Assembly: GCA_964016885.1 (NCBI GenBank)
Contig: OZ024740.1
Coordinates: forward strand, 88,536,001 to 88,600,000
DNA: 64,000 nucleotides
Direction of reading: 5' to 3'
Source: Eledone cirrhosa
Taxonomy: Eukaryota
The notes beneath the pieces are model-generated. The model worked only from the letters and a program-made list of their open reading frames with translations, was not told the DNA's origin and made no database searches. This document shows positions 23,766-37,500 of this stretch, one piece after another (within the stretch, counting starts at the first letter, position 1; each line of letters begins with the position of its first letter). The translations under genes were made by a program, and so were the position numbers.

Positions 23766-25734
23766 TAACAGATTAAAGTTTAAGCAAAGAATCGCTGCTT
23801 TCACCCTTAACGGGATATTCTGAAACTAACAAAGTCAATCTGTAAACGAAGAAGTGGATATTTCAAATAACGTTGCAAGCGGAGGAAGACAGGAAGACGA
23901 TACTTTGGTTCGTAGAAACGTTCCCTGGCAAAGAACGGGAAAAAACGAATATATACGTCATTAATAGGAGCGATGAAATACAATTACGCGCAAAGACAGA
24001 ACCGCGTTTATGGTATAAAAGAAGTCGTAGACTAATATTCTATTAGGTGGTTCATAGAGACGTTCTCTGGCAATTAACGAAAAAAAACGAAGATAATACG
24101 TCATATGTGGAACGTGGAGAACAATTGCACGCAAAGACAAAACCACGTAAATGGTAAGCAGAAGTCGTAGACTAAAATTCCAACTAGGAAACCGAATGAA
24201 TCTCCGCTTCAGAGTTAAGAATAAAGTAAATAAAATACAATACAGAGGTAATAGAAATTAAATAAATACAGACACGCATGCAAATACGTACATACACAAG
24301 CATACGCGAAAACACTTACCATAGGTATACAAAACCACGCACATATAAATATGTGTGTGTGTGCGTGCGTGTATACAAATAAATAAATAATTAAATAAAC
24401 GTATATAAATAAATAAATACGTATTTAACAAGCGACCACACATACCTACATGTAAATACACAAATGTTCCGAGACGTAAGTCAACCAAAACATGAAGTAC
24501 TTATATACACACACCCTACATACGTACGAACCTGCATACTCACACAGACGCAAAACTCCCGTATACACATAACCAAACCATATGTACCAGAATATATAAA
24601 AAATTATACGCCATAACATATACAATCAAATATACATACGAGAAAGTATACGTACCTTCACAAAACATACAGGTAATATATACTTACCTATGCAAAAATA
24701 AGTAATGGTATAAACAAAACATATACTTAGCTACCACATCAATACGTTAAATATCCACTTATAGATCGTACTATCCGTTAGGGTATAACGTGGGGGCTGT
24801 AATACAGGAAAGTTTTGTGCAATTTATGTTTACAAGCCGAAATTGCCTCAGATTTTTTGTTTAAGATGTCGTCTGTGGCGTAGAGTATTTCCAGGGCCTC
24901 AGCGGCGCAGAGGTCACATGGTCTTTTATTTCCGTTATACGATCTAGCCCTAGCTAGGATCTCCCAGTGTAACTTATATTGGGTGTGGTTGTCTTTTAGA
25001 CTCTAGATATAAGCTGAAAGTGACGTCATATTCTTTCTTAGAGGGTAACGAAAAGAATGTGTATGCATGTAAAGACGCTGCTTGAAACTATTGGCGGTTA
25101 ACCCTATGTAGGCCCTACGGGACGTGGGTCTTTCAACCTTACATTTGTAGACAATGTTACTAGAGAGGAATTTCCCGGATAGGGGGCAATCAACCCGATT
25201 CCCACAATTACAGTTAGTACTAACTACAGGGTTGCACGTGTTCCTACGGCTAGGTAGTTTAGCTAAATTTGAAGCTGTGATGTTATGTGCAAGGTTAGGA
25301 GTCGTAGAGTAACACATTTTAATAGTATTTCTATTAAACATTTTACTATATTTATGTGTAGGGGGAAAATGCTTCGTAATAAGGGAAATAAAGATCTTAG
25401 CTAATGGTGTGGCCACCTCCATATTATATGGTGGGTTATATTAACAAATGCGACGGGATCTATTTCTTCTAGGTCTATTTTCGTACTCTGTATATGCTAC
25501 CTTATCGACAAATCCACTCCGAGCAAGAGCTTCATTGTAATAAGTGGAATGGTCGTTGAAAATATGCTCGTTAGTAGATAGACGGGTAAGCCTCAACGAA
25601 ACGTTTCTTACCAGGTTCTTGGTTATGCTGGCAGGAGGGTTGGAATGCTTACTTATGTAATTAAGCGTACCATTCGGCTTTATATACGGGTAATACAACC
25701 CATTCGATAAATTGAGGGTAACGTCGAGGTAATT
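23761..25734 (-). mobile_element. Penelope-like element, 5'-truncated: RT thumb + GIY-YIG endonuclease + long 3' UTR, between (TA)n tracts
   Basis: YLDVTLNLSNGLYYPYIKP...YNPPY...KHFPPTHKYSKMFNRNTIK...CNCGNRVDCPL..NIVYKC..AYIGLTANSFKQRLYMH...CDLC. Tandem duplication with ~140-bp period at 23918-24188. Confidence 0.9.
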
Positions 25735-25750
25735 ATATATATATATATAG

Positions 25751-26640
25751 GGAAAAAATGAAATTTCCTTTCTCACTCTTAGTACGGCTGATACTTAAAT
25801 ATAAGTATGTATAGTACATACACATATGTATACAGACGTTCAGTAGTATGTATATAATTATACATCGTTGCCCTTTTGTTCAACACTGACAAAGGAACGA
25901 TGAACTAGTTTCTAAATTCTTAGCTGTCATTAGCACCGTATACCTTCCTGTCAATTGATTGAACGTTTAAAAGTATACACTTTCCTTATGCATAGTAACG
26001 GCTTAGCAGCCTAATTTGCATATCGAGTGAGTTAGTCGGCCGGGCGTACCGAAAACGTTAAATGGAAAAAATGAAATTTCATTTCTCACTCATAGTACCG
26101 CTGATACTTAAATATAAGTATGTATACGTACATACAAATATGTATACAGACGTACAGTAGTATGTATATAATTACATACATGCACACATATATATATATA
26201 TATATATGTACGTATGGGTTACCGAACATTTATTATAATGTTCGGTTTGTTTGTAAACAAACAGTCCGAATTAAGCCGTACATGTTTAGGAACCATCGTT
26301 GCCATTTTGTTCAACACTGACTAAGGAACGATGAACTAGTTTCTAGCACCGTATACCTTCCTGTAAATCGATTGAACGTTTAAAAGTATACACTTTCCTT
26401 ATGCATATTAACGGCTGAGCAGCCTAATTTGCATATGGAATGAGTTAGTCGGCCGGGCGTACCGAAAACGAGAAATGGAAAAAATGAAATTTCATTTCTC
26501 ACTCTTAGTACGGCTGATACTTAAATATAAGCATGTATACGTACATACATATATGTATACCGACGTACAGCAGTATGCATATACATACATACATACATGC
26601 ACACATATATATGTACGTATGGGTTTACCGAACATTTATT
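25751..26640. repeat. Tandem direct repeat, ~2.4 units (starts ~25751, 26064, 26477)
   Basis: ggaaaaaatgaaatttc..tctcactc..agtac..ctgatacttaaatataag occurs three times with colinear downstream sequence. Confidence 0.85.
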
Positions 26641-26647
26641 ATAATTG

Positions 26648-26873
26648 AAAATTAGAATTGGTGCTCTGAAATAACTCTGAAAATTAGAACTGGTGCTCAG
26701 AAATAGCTTTATCTCCCCTGTTTGCTGAAAATTAAAGTAAGTGAGACTGTCACTACTCTAAAACAATAGCGTAAAGTTTTCGAAAAGCTTTTAATTAAGC
26801 ATACAGTGTATTGCAAAATACACTATATATACATTCATATATATATCGCTATTTCAGAGCACCAATTCTAATT
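26648..26873. repeat. Small inverted-repeat module (~24-bp arms aattagaattggtgctctgaaata)
   Basis: The left arm is also tandemly duplicated; the right arm abuts a TA tract. Confidence 0.65.
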
Positions 26874-29800
26874 ATATATATATATTTTTATATATATGTA
26901 TATGTATATGTATATATACCTACATACATACACACATGCATACATAAATACATACATACGTACATACATATGTACATATGTAGTATAACATGTAAAGAAC
27001 TGCTCTAATTGGAGATAGCAACATTCTTTTACATTGGTGCAATCATGTCGCCCTGTTTGTACCTACATTAAGACCCTAGAATATAATCTGATATAATTAC
27101 CTATTTTCGCGTTGGATCGCAAGGTATGTAGATATTGAACCTATTCATTGACCCATAATGTATGCCGGTATAAGAACGATATAGGTTTATTTTTGGTATT
27201 TATATGTCAGGGTATTCACTTCATTATGAGAAAAAAAGGGGGGGAAATGATACGTAATACTAATAACAACTAGCACAAAAATATTGTTCATAATAAATAT
27301 ATGGGAAAAATTGAACATTGGAATGAACGATGGAGACAAAGAAGGAAGTAAGTAAAACAAAGACGAATTGAGTCGGAAAGCCATAATAGAAACACAAGCG
27401 CTGAGTTAAAAATATTGAAGATCTGTAAAAGAGAAAATGACAACTGACCAACACATAAAATAATTACATTATATATTAAACTGACGTTAACTACTCCCAT
27501 GTCTAAAGAAGAATTTAATTAAGAAAACAAATATACAAGTAAACAAAAAGATAAAAGGATAAAATAAATAAAACACTCGAGATTTATAAAATCTTGTCTG
27601 TAATTGATTCTTAACAGAACTGTGTTCGTGACCAGCTAGTAGAAATGTGGTAAAATGTTTTCACACTTCATAGTAAACATTACTAGTAAGATATAATTGG
27701 AAAGTGAATGTAAAAGACTTTGTGTTTTTAATGGTTTAAACGAATTTTCTCTTCAGCGAAACCTATTCACGTCAGTTGGCTAAACTTAAAAGTGATCAAA
27801 TATCTATAGAAATAAAGAGGATGATAAAGAGAAAGCCAGGGATGTTGATTATGAATATCAACAATGGAGCTGAGAGGAAAATATCTCAAGGGATCGTTCT
27901 ACATTATAGGTGCATATACATTTTCGGGCTGGTCATGTGAGAGGACTGAAGCATACCTTTAGACCAGGCTTACAACTTCGAATCGTTTATTTATAAAGCC
28001 GATGTGACCACAAATACACGATACCGACGAGTTAAGATAATTTTTCATATCGGCATTAATCTTCGCTTTGGTACTCATTCCCAATAAGTCGACAACCTAT
28101 AAGCAACACAGCAGGTCACAGGCAACCATTTAGTTTTTTCAGAGTTACATAGAAACAAAGAAAAACATTTAATGAGGCGCTGTCCATCAATTCAGAAAAT
28201 GATGGAATCAGGAAAAAGATGAAAAAGAGCTGTATAAGGCAATATTTTCAGCAACGAAAATACTAGAGAAGAAACTCTAATTAGACGACGGATAATCACA
28301 GTGACTGCAAGAAAATTAGTAGAAAGGCGAATCATTCAATAAGTAACATTAAAAGGAGGAGCAAATGAAGACATTTCGACAGAAAATATGATCCAGTATT
28401 TATAGAACGAGATAACGAAACTTTGATCTGGCAGTGAAGTTTTGTTGCAAAAACAGGGAACTATATTAGAAACATGCTTTTGAATCAAAGGAATAATAAA
28501 CATATGAAGGGACACCAATATAGATGTAACAAGAGTATTCCCTACAAGTTAATGGGCTTATAACTATAAAGATACCATTAGGAGGAAGGATAATGTATTA
28601 ATCGATGTAGAAAACCAAGTACGACATCTAGAAAGACACAAATCAAGACATGCAATTGAAGGATTAATTTGAATATAGTCATCACTACTATTAATGGGTT
28701 GTGTAGCATCTTTTCGAGGAAGAGGTAGATAACCATTGAGGAAGAAATTCAAACTAAAAATACCGGGACTCAAGAACTGTTTAGTAAGAAAGACTGGACA
28801 GAGTAAAAGTTACAATAATGACCTCGAATATTTGGGAAAAATAAAGTCAGAGATTTGTGCGACAAATTCGATTTTTATTTTGTTTTCCTATGTGTAAGTG
28901 GAACCCTTTAATAATAAAAAAAAATAATATCAAATGTAAATAATTCCTAAAACTGGTGAAAAGAATAATTGAAAGCAGGTGAAAGCTTTCATACTAAACG
29001 CCTTCTTCAGTAACAAAGGCTCTTGATATTGCTTCAGGAATAAGATATATTTAAGGGACATTCTCATGTATAAAATATCACTGCAAGTACGATGGTGTTG
29101 TGGATTAATCAGTTTCTCATGGCGCTACACCAGAGTTTAGGTACTTAAATACCAGCCGATCTTAGAATCATAAACTTAGACATATATTCTCAACACGAGA
29201 ACGTTTAAAAAAAATGTAATGAGATATAATTCTAGATGCTGGCTCTTATGGTAATTTAATAGGTTGTCCAGACAGAAGTAATTGGGAACGGTAGCAACAA
29301 CAATAGTACGGATATGAATAGAGAAATAAGTAGATAAATATATACGTATAAGGAAATAAAAAAAATATATATGAAATATAAAATAGTAAATAGATAGAAA
29401 GTAGTGTGTTATTCAAAGACTACGACAATGCGAACAATTTTGAAAATTGAAGGCAGCGAAGTTGTTTGTGTGTTCCTCTTAGTAAATAGATTTACATTTA
29501 TCTATATTTATGGAAAGATAACATATTTGTGTAACAAAAGACGGAAGGGTGAGCGATGTGGGTCTCGCCCCCTTTGGGTTGTCTTGTTGATCGGACATGA
29601 GATCTGTTTGAGCTCAGGTATATATCCTAGGTTTATGGCCAGAGGTTAGTTAGGTAGGTATGTCTCTCGCGGATATATCCCATCTGGACAAGATCAACGA
29701 TAGGAGAGGGCTAATGAGTTAGGTGAAGTTACGCTTTCCTATTACAACAGAGGTTACTGTTTACTATATATAAATCATTGGATTAATTATTATATGACAT

Positions 29801-30299
29801 TAATTATTTTATTAATTAATGTCATATAATATACAAAGTTTTGAGGGGAAACTATGTTGAAAGACCTAGTTATAGGAGAATCAATTGGGTTATTCTATAC
29901 ATAGGTAATCAATTTTATGTACTTAAGTCATTCAGCTTAATTGCTGCTGTTTGGGTGATTTCAAGAAATATCTGCAATGGGCATTTGTATAGGTACATGT
30001 GTAAGGACTTATATTTATGTGAACTGTTGTGCAGGACCCTTAGATATCACATTTGAAATTATGATTATAAATATATACTTACATAGTTATTAGTTAACAA
30101 TATAACGCTAAGATTTTCTTTAGATTAATGGTACAATCATTAATGTCTTGGAATTGCTATATATTTAATAACGCACAATGACATTAGGGTAATTTTAGTG
30201 TATGTGGGTACATCTACGGTTATTGTGTTGTTGTGTATGGGTTCAATATTATAACGATGCCGTTGTAGTTTATTTCTTTTAATTTATATATTTATACTG

Positions 30300-33270
30300 T
30301 GCTCATGCGAGTATGCCGTTAGTGATTCTCTGTGGGTTAATGTATTTCAACTTTGTGGATAATCAGTATGCAGTTATTGTACTTCATATCGTGAAAATCA
30401 AGTTGATATGTGTTATTACGTTTTCCCTTGACATGACCCGTGTAGTATTATTTCTAGTCTGTTATCTTAATTTGTGTTCTATGTATTGCAGAATGTTTGA
30501 TTTACGGTATTATTCTATTATCGTTGAGTGGTATGTTGTTAACTATTATGTAATGTATTCTAGAACATGTATCAGACAGTATTAAATAAGTCAATTCTAT
30601 CATTTTACTAATTATATTATGTTACAGATATTAGAGCCTCCTTCGATAGGATACACTAATCTAATTTTCAGCCACGACTATTTTATTTGTCATATTAATT
30701 CAGATAGTGCCATGGACTTTCGATTGTCTATTTTATTGAATGTGTGACGATGGTTATAATATTTTCTGCAGTTGTATATTTGGTTTACGGATAGGAGCGT
30801 ATTCAGATTCCTATTGTTAAAGGGGCTATTTCTATGTTGAGAGTGAACAATTGTTTCTACTCGTGGGGAGGTTACGTGGGAGGTGCTACTATTATAGTGC
30901 ATATTAGTCCGGTAATTGTGTTTGTTTAACACATTCAAGCTATCGATTATATTACCCATTCCATTCCATTCCATTTTTTTAACCTAGTGTAATTAATTTT
31001 AACTGTGTTCTGGCCGACGTTCTGTGTTATAGAGTACGGTAGTTTAACTGTATTTCTATTAAAAATTCTATTATATTTATGTGATTTCGGAAACATTTAT
31101 CAAGCACCCTGAAAAAAATTTTGATATGTTCGTTTTCAGTCTAACTGAATATGGTAGATTATAATATAACATATTATCTAATTGGTTTCGTTTATAGTTT
31201 TGTTTTTGTATTTTTGTTATGCCACTGTGTGTGTTATTTGCTCTTGAGTTACGGCGAATTACATTAAGTTGTAAATGATTAATATTATGTCCAGATTCAT
31301 ATTTAACAGCGTAGTGGGGTAAGTCGGAGACGTATAATTATAGTACTCCTGGTTATATCTTCCATTGCTTGTTTACGATGCTCATTATAGTTATTCAATT
31401 GCTGTGATTTATGTTCGTCCTTACTGCCACTTGTATTAACAACGGTGCTAAGTGTTTTGCATTTAATTTTATTAATTCCATATGGGTGTGTATAGAATGT
31501 TCCTTCATTTTGTGGTTGGGTATTTGTTAATTATTGTTTCCCGATGTTTGTTTAATGTATTAAATGGATTCTCTTAACGGAGCATGACCTTTCATGACAG
31601 TTTGTATCCCTATTTCCAATCCCATTGTTGCCATTCATATTTCTATATTTCCCATTTCTGTTAACATTTGTTTAATGTGGATTGTATAACATCCACTTCA
31701 ATGTTATAATTACTACGTGCTTGGTCATTACTTTTGTTATTCTAGTTACCATCGTCCGTGTATTATTACTACTACTATTATTAAGAAGTTGTGCTGTTTC
31801 GTTTGCTTGCTCATATTAAATGATCCTGCGTTTTATTACGTTGTTCTTATGTTCAGTCGTAGGATCACTGTCATTACCTTTTGGCGTTTCCTAACCTTCT
31901 GTGTACCACTAATTCTCTATAGTCTGCTTTGGATTGGGTATTATTATTGTATTCCACCTTTATTGTTAAATATTCTCAAATTAGCCGATAGTTTTGATAT
32001 CTCTTAGAATCACATTTGTTACTGGGCTGGAGTGATTGGGGTTGTCATTCCCGTAATTTAAATTCCCATTGAGCTTATGGTAGGGTTAGTAGATGGTGAA
32101 TGGTATACATAGTAGAGAGGTTTATGGTAGGGGTAGTAAAGAACGGATTGAGTTACGTCCAAGAATTTCCCCATTTTCATATTTTGTTCTATTCGTTTTG
32201 AATCCTAGTATTTTAAATAAGCTCCTAATATTTGCTGTTCTTTCTATGATGTATTACTATGACTTGGTAAAGTTAAAAGGGTATTATTGCAGTACAATAC
32301 CACCTATAGGCATGGCAACTTATTTTTAACGTGACTTACAATGAACATTCCATTTTTGGTTACATGGGTCGAGTCACTTGAACTCATTGTTATGTCGAAC
32401 TTGTTAGGCCTATCGTTTATTTTTCAGAGTTCTGCGTTATATATTCAATCCTATGTTAATATGCTTTCAGGTTTGGTTAATGTATTTACGTACCTTATTT
32501 AGTAGGATTGGAGAAATCGATGAATAGTAGTTGAGGATACCAAGTTGTATCAATTTTATGTTATCCATAATGGGTAATTCTTGAATCAATCGATAAGGTC
32601 TGTTGAGTCTGACCAAACTTGGAGTTGTATTCATTGTTTTATCATGGGTATAATTCTGACAAGTATATATTATACTCACTATTCCTATATGCGATTGTGA
32701 TATTATTATTAGTCTAACAGGTAGGTTAGAATCACTGTTTGGTTTGTGGGCCTTAAGCGTTATAATTGGCGCTCTTGGTTCTATATTTTCAGTTATTTAA
32801 TTTAGTGAGTATCATATTAGCCTCCTCATTAAACAGGCATGTTTGTGAAGTTTTCTCGTACTGTCTCCTTAGAGCTTTGTATATTTATTGCAAGTTTTTC
32901 ATTCATATTATATAAGATATTGGTTTGATCAGCATGTTTGAAGTTTCCATCCAATTGTTTCATTGCGTTTATTTTTTCATTTAGACTTTTCAGGCATATT
33001 GTCCCCTTAAGAGGGCGCTTCTTGATTTCGAAAGTTATTGATTATTTATTTTGAAAATGCTTTGATATATTTATTAGGCTACATGGTTCTACTTTATTTG
33101 AACTAACATTCATTGATCGGAGGATGTTTGTTTGTATTTCTTGTTGTCATATCAAAATAGAATGCCTACCACCGAATAACTCCGTTTTACGTACAATTGC
33201 ATATACGTATTTGCTTGGTATGTGGGTGTACTTAAGTGATGTAGAGATAACGTATGTCTCATTCTTAATT
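30300..33270 (-). mobile_element. Ancient, near full-length Penelope-like element (same lineage), heavily decayed
   Basis: Ordered minus-strand peptides: HIPSKYVY/AIVRKTELF (N-term), PIITLKAHKP..PVRLI, IQLGILNYYSSISPILLNK, FDITMSSSD, FLDVT..YYPYHKP, YNLPYS..KTNISK, HKYNRIFNRNTVKLPYS. Confidence 0.7.
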
Positions 33271-33581
33271 TTAGATGCTGCAGCATGAAGCGCTTAAGAA
33301 TATTTGGAGCAAGAGTACATTGGTATACAAGCTAGCATCTTGAAAGATATCTCACTACAAATTGACATCTTAATCGATTCAATAATAGACCCGATCAGGA
33401 TACAGCTGGAAGAAACTGGAGCCGACAGGGAATCTACGGGTGTGCCATCAGGTTATGATAACTGACAGCACAACATTAGAAGTTAAGATGTGACTACACC
33501 AAATCCATATGTCCAACAAATAAGACTAATGTCCAACACAAATTTGAAATATACATACTGAGAGAAAGAAAGAGATAGAGA

Positions 33582-33634
<53 letters not shown>

Positions 33635-34555
33635 AAGAGAGAGAGAGATGTGTGCTATGTGAACCACTAATACGTCGCATAATATGTCAACTCCGTACCT
33701 AATGCATCGGATATTAGTCAGTCGAATATATCACCCTCAGTATGTAATTATTTTATTTGTTTTTAGCTATCTGTCTGATGAAGGGCCGCTGCCCGATTAT
33801 ATTATTTATACCGAACAAACAATGAAAATAATGGCACTTTATTGAATGAATTAAATCAAATATAGAAAAGGCGGTGTTGCAAAACGATTACTGCTGGCAT
33901 ATCAGAATCAATGCCATACAAATGTTTTTTAAAACATTGTTTTTTCTGAGAGAAGAATATTTTTAATAAGTAAGCATGCATTTAATATTACTATTTAATA
34001 TAAACTATGTTTTTAAATGTTATTAAATCAGCTTTTATTTATAACTAAAAGCTTGCTGCTGAAAAAACACGAAACTTTTATAAACAATTAATCAACTACT
34101 TTGAATGTGCATCTCCGGAATAAAATAACATTCTTCCTTTTAAAAATCTCTTTAAAACACCTCTTCATTTCTTATTGCTGAAAAACACTTCTGCTTGTTT
34201 GGCGCAATTAAGTAACGGCTTTTTTTGTGCGTGCCCTTAGTAACAATAATTTTATTTGTATTTCATGAAAAATATTTAAAAAAAACTTCTTCAATTTATT
34301 TTCTGTATTGACTATGATTCTTGTATTTCTTTGGGACTCTCTTCCCCCAAATCCTGAATTAATGCCCCCACGAGGCTAATATTGAAGTTGAAACGTGTAT
34401 AGACATTAATAAAAGAATTTAAGAATTTGAAGTGCCTCTTTGCTTGTCAATTGGTTTAAGAAAGATAAACTCTCTATTCTTCCAATAGTGGTGAATATAT
34501 CGAGCTTCTTCGCGTTTAGTAAGAAAACCGTATTATACCAAATATATTAATCACC

Positions 34556-34623
<68 letters not shown>

Positions 34624-34627
<4 letters not shown>

Positions 34628-35385
34628 TTAAAGCGATGAAATATCCGAGACCCTCAATAGACAACTGATGAGGAAACCCCCCCCCCTTTCTTGCTTTCTT
34701 CTTATTCTCATTCCAATTTTAAGTTTAACTTTACTAGCAACTACACAGCCATCCTATTTTACATATATTTTATCATGTTTCGCTGTGACCCGCCTTCTCT
34801 CTCCCGCTACCTACCTATTTCGTTAATATCTACTTTTCCCCCTCTTTCTTCCTCTCCCTTTCTCCCTCTCATTTTCACTCACTCTCTCTCTGTCTGCCAC
34901 CTCATTGTTTCCCTCACCTGATCTTTTAGCAGTCTTTTTCTCACTTATATTCGCTTGGATCAGTCGCGTCTTTTTTTGTTCGATCACACGCTCTTGCAAT
35001 TTTGTAAACAAGCCTCAATTTTATAGCCATATCAGTAGAATGAACACTTCATTCTTGCTCTTGTGTTGGCATGCGAACAGAACTGCAGACACTAATGTTT
35101 CTGGTTATCACCCTTCATCAGTACAGCTCACTCTTCACCTGCCAAACTGGCAGAGCTAATGAAAATATATGCTCTTTTCAAAAATACACAGTGACTGATC
35201 GGCCTGATCTGCATATTAGCAGACTGGCTGATCAGTCAGATCTGCATCATAGCATATCCTCTGAACAGCCAGGTTTGCATATCACAAGACTGGCCAGTCA
35301 ATTTCCTGTATACGAGCCATAAATGGCCGGCTTTGCCAAATTCAAATAAAAAAAAAAATTACGCTCTACATTGCTGAATACAATA
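34624..35385 (+). other. TA-flanked non-coding module whose left end resembles family P6; contains a 33-bp tandem repeat (35194-35300)
   Basis: gtctttaaagcga.gaaata...actgatga.g is shared with 38235-38285. Confidence 0.4.
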
Positions 35386-35412
35386 AATATATATGTATAT
35401 ATATAGAGAGAG

Positions 35413-36183
35413 AGAATTCACAAGAATCAAAGCTATGTTCAAAGCATTTATTCACTTACAATTGTTTCATCCAAACCTAGGCTTGGTGTCTTAGGCGCAT
35501 TTTTTAATGCTTGTACATATAATTGAGCTCCTATCCAACGCAAGAGACATACAGATACATATATATATATATATTGATGTGACATATATTATACTATACT
35601 ATATAGCAATTCAAATTGTATAGCAATTCAAATTTAAAATCAAAATTAAAATACATGCGGCAGATAACACAGCTTAAAGTGCTTGTATTACATGCAATAC
35701 CTTGCCACACAATACTCGTATATAAATGAGACACACTTGCATTCTCCATGAATGACAAACGCATAGACTATCTGCTAGATCTGATTATCGAACTATCCTC
35801 TTGCATTATCTGTGTTATCTGCCGCATGTATTATAATTTTGATTTTAAATTTGAATTGCTATACAAATATAGTATAGTATAATATATGTCACATCAATAT
35901 ATATATATGTATCTGTATGTCTCTTGCGTTGAATAGGAGGTCAATTATATGTACAAGCATTAAAAAATGGTCCGAAGAATCCAAGCCTAGTTTTGGATGA
36001 AACAATTGTAAGTGAATAAATGCTTTGAACATAGCTTTGATTCTTGTTAATTCTATATAACTGCTCTGTAGAACAACTGATGTTCTTACATTGAGCTATT
36101 TATCTTACTGGTAATAATGTAGTAATACATTACTGACCTTCCCTGTTTATAGTTTAAAATATACATAACTATAAATAGTATCC

Positions 36184-36190
<7 letters not shown>
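35413..36190. mobile_element. Fold-back element family P4: arms 35413-35672 / 35810-36054, right tail to 36190, decayed hammerheads
   Basis: ~250-bp inverted repeat. Right arm reads CCGAAGA ATCCAA..TTGGAT GAAA CAATTG TA (35972-36010). Confidence 0.8.
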
Positions 36191-36270
<80 letters not shown>

Positions 36271-36276
<6 letters not shown>

Positions 36277-37476
36277 TTAGTTAAACAAAACAAAACCACA
36301 CATTTCACAAGGAATACATTATCAAAAGATTGTTAACATAGTTTTAGTTTAACGTAAGGAATGTAAAGTATAATAATAATAATACTAATAATGTCCGTTT
36401 ACAATTGTTTCGCTACTCAATATAATGTTTCTGGATCAAATGATTATAGATCATTATTGATCTGGTTCAGTTGAAGATAATTAACTTAGGTAAAATTGGA
36501 GCAGTTCATCGGAGCTTCAAAAGGAATATAAATTAAGGTAAAAAAAGATGGTTACATGAATGTAATGTTCCATATATTGGTATTTCACTATGGTGTCCTG
36601 GCTATATCTATTGTCTGCCATAGGCGAGCAATATTCTGCTGTCGAGGCTGCATTATGTGAGATCTGCCTATGGGTAACAAGATGGCCGCCAAAGGACATA
36701 TTTATCTTACTAATTAGAGGGTGGTTTCAGAGGAAGTAACTCCTCGAGAAATTAGAAATTGTATGTGGTTTATAGTTAAGAAGTGCTAATGAGTTTAAGT
36801 AAGAGACAATGTAAGGGAGGTAATTTATAATTATCTAAGCTATAACTATTTAACTTATTAGCTAATTAGTAAGATAAATATGTCCTTTGGCGGCCAGCTT
36901 GTTACCCATAGGCAGATCTCACATAATGCAGCCTCGACAGAAGAATATTGCTCGCCTATGGTAGACAACAGATATAACCAAGACACCATAGTGAAATACC
37001 AATATATGGAACATTACGTTCATGTGACCATCTTTTTTTTACCTTTATTTATATTCCTTTTGAAATTCCGATGAACTGCTCCAATTTTAGCTAAGTAAAT
37101 TATCTTCAACTGAACCAGATCAATAATGATCTATAATCATTTGATCCAGAAACATTATATTGAGTAGCGAAACAATTGTAAAGGGACAATATTAGTATTA
37201 TTATTATTATTCTTTACATTCCTTACATTAAACTAAAACTATGTTGACAATCTTTTGATAATGTCTTCCTTGTGAAATTTGTGGTCTTGTTTTGCTTAAC
37301 TAATGAATATTTCCAGCTCTGTGCACTTAACCTCTGCATGAACCCAGCCACCAGCCTTCCACTGCATATTGCACATTGAGCACTTGCGTTACGCTTTGGC
37401 TTCTAACTAATTCACCAATCTCTCTTCTCCTCTCATATCTCCATCTCTCTCTTTAAGATTGGTTACTCTTGAACTG
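36271..37476. mobile_element. Fold-back element family P5: arms 36271-36717 / 36862-37310, right tail to 37476
   Basis: ~445-bp inverted repeat (mirror ORFs 36517-36699 and 36880-37074); (TA)n on both sides. Confidence 0.85.
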
Positions 37477-37500
37477 TATATATATATATATATATATATA

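Noticed and set aside
25751-26640. CRISPR-like repeat/spacer array
   Set aside because: Units are hundreds of bp with homologous interiors, in a eukaryotic context with no cas genes.
27900-28860. Purine-rich stretch possibly a decayed LINE or an exon
   Set aside because: No motif could be read with confidence.
28975-29015. Minus-strand CTGAAGA...GAAAGCTT hammerhead-like word
   Set aside because: Stems I and II do not pair convincingly; at best a decayed relic.
32467-32679. LGILNYYS initially resembled a Gypsy RT C-terminal motif
   Set aside because: Flanking peptides (ITLKAHKP, FDITM, FNRNTVK) fit a PLE RT in the correct order. No LTRs or integrase seen.
33770-33800. CTGATGAA GGG..CCC GA
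   Set aside because: GAAA, stem III and stem I are missing.
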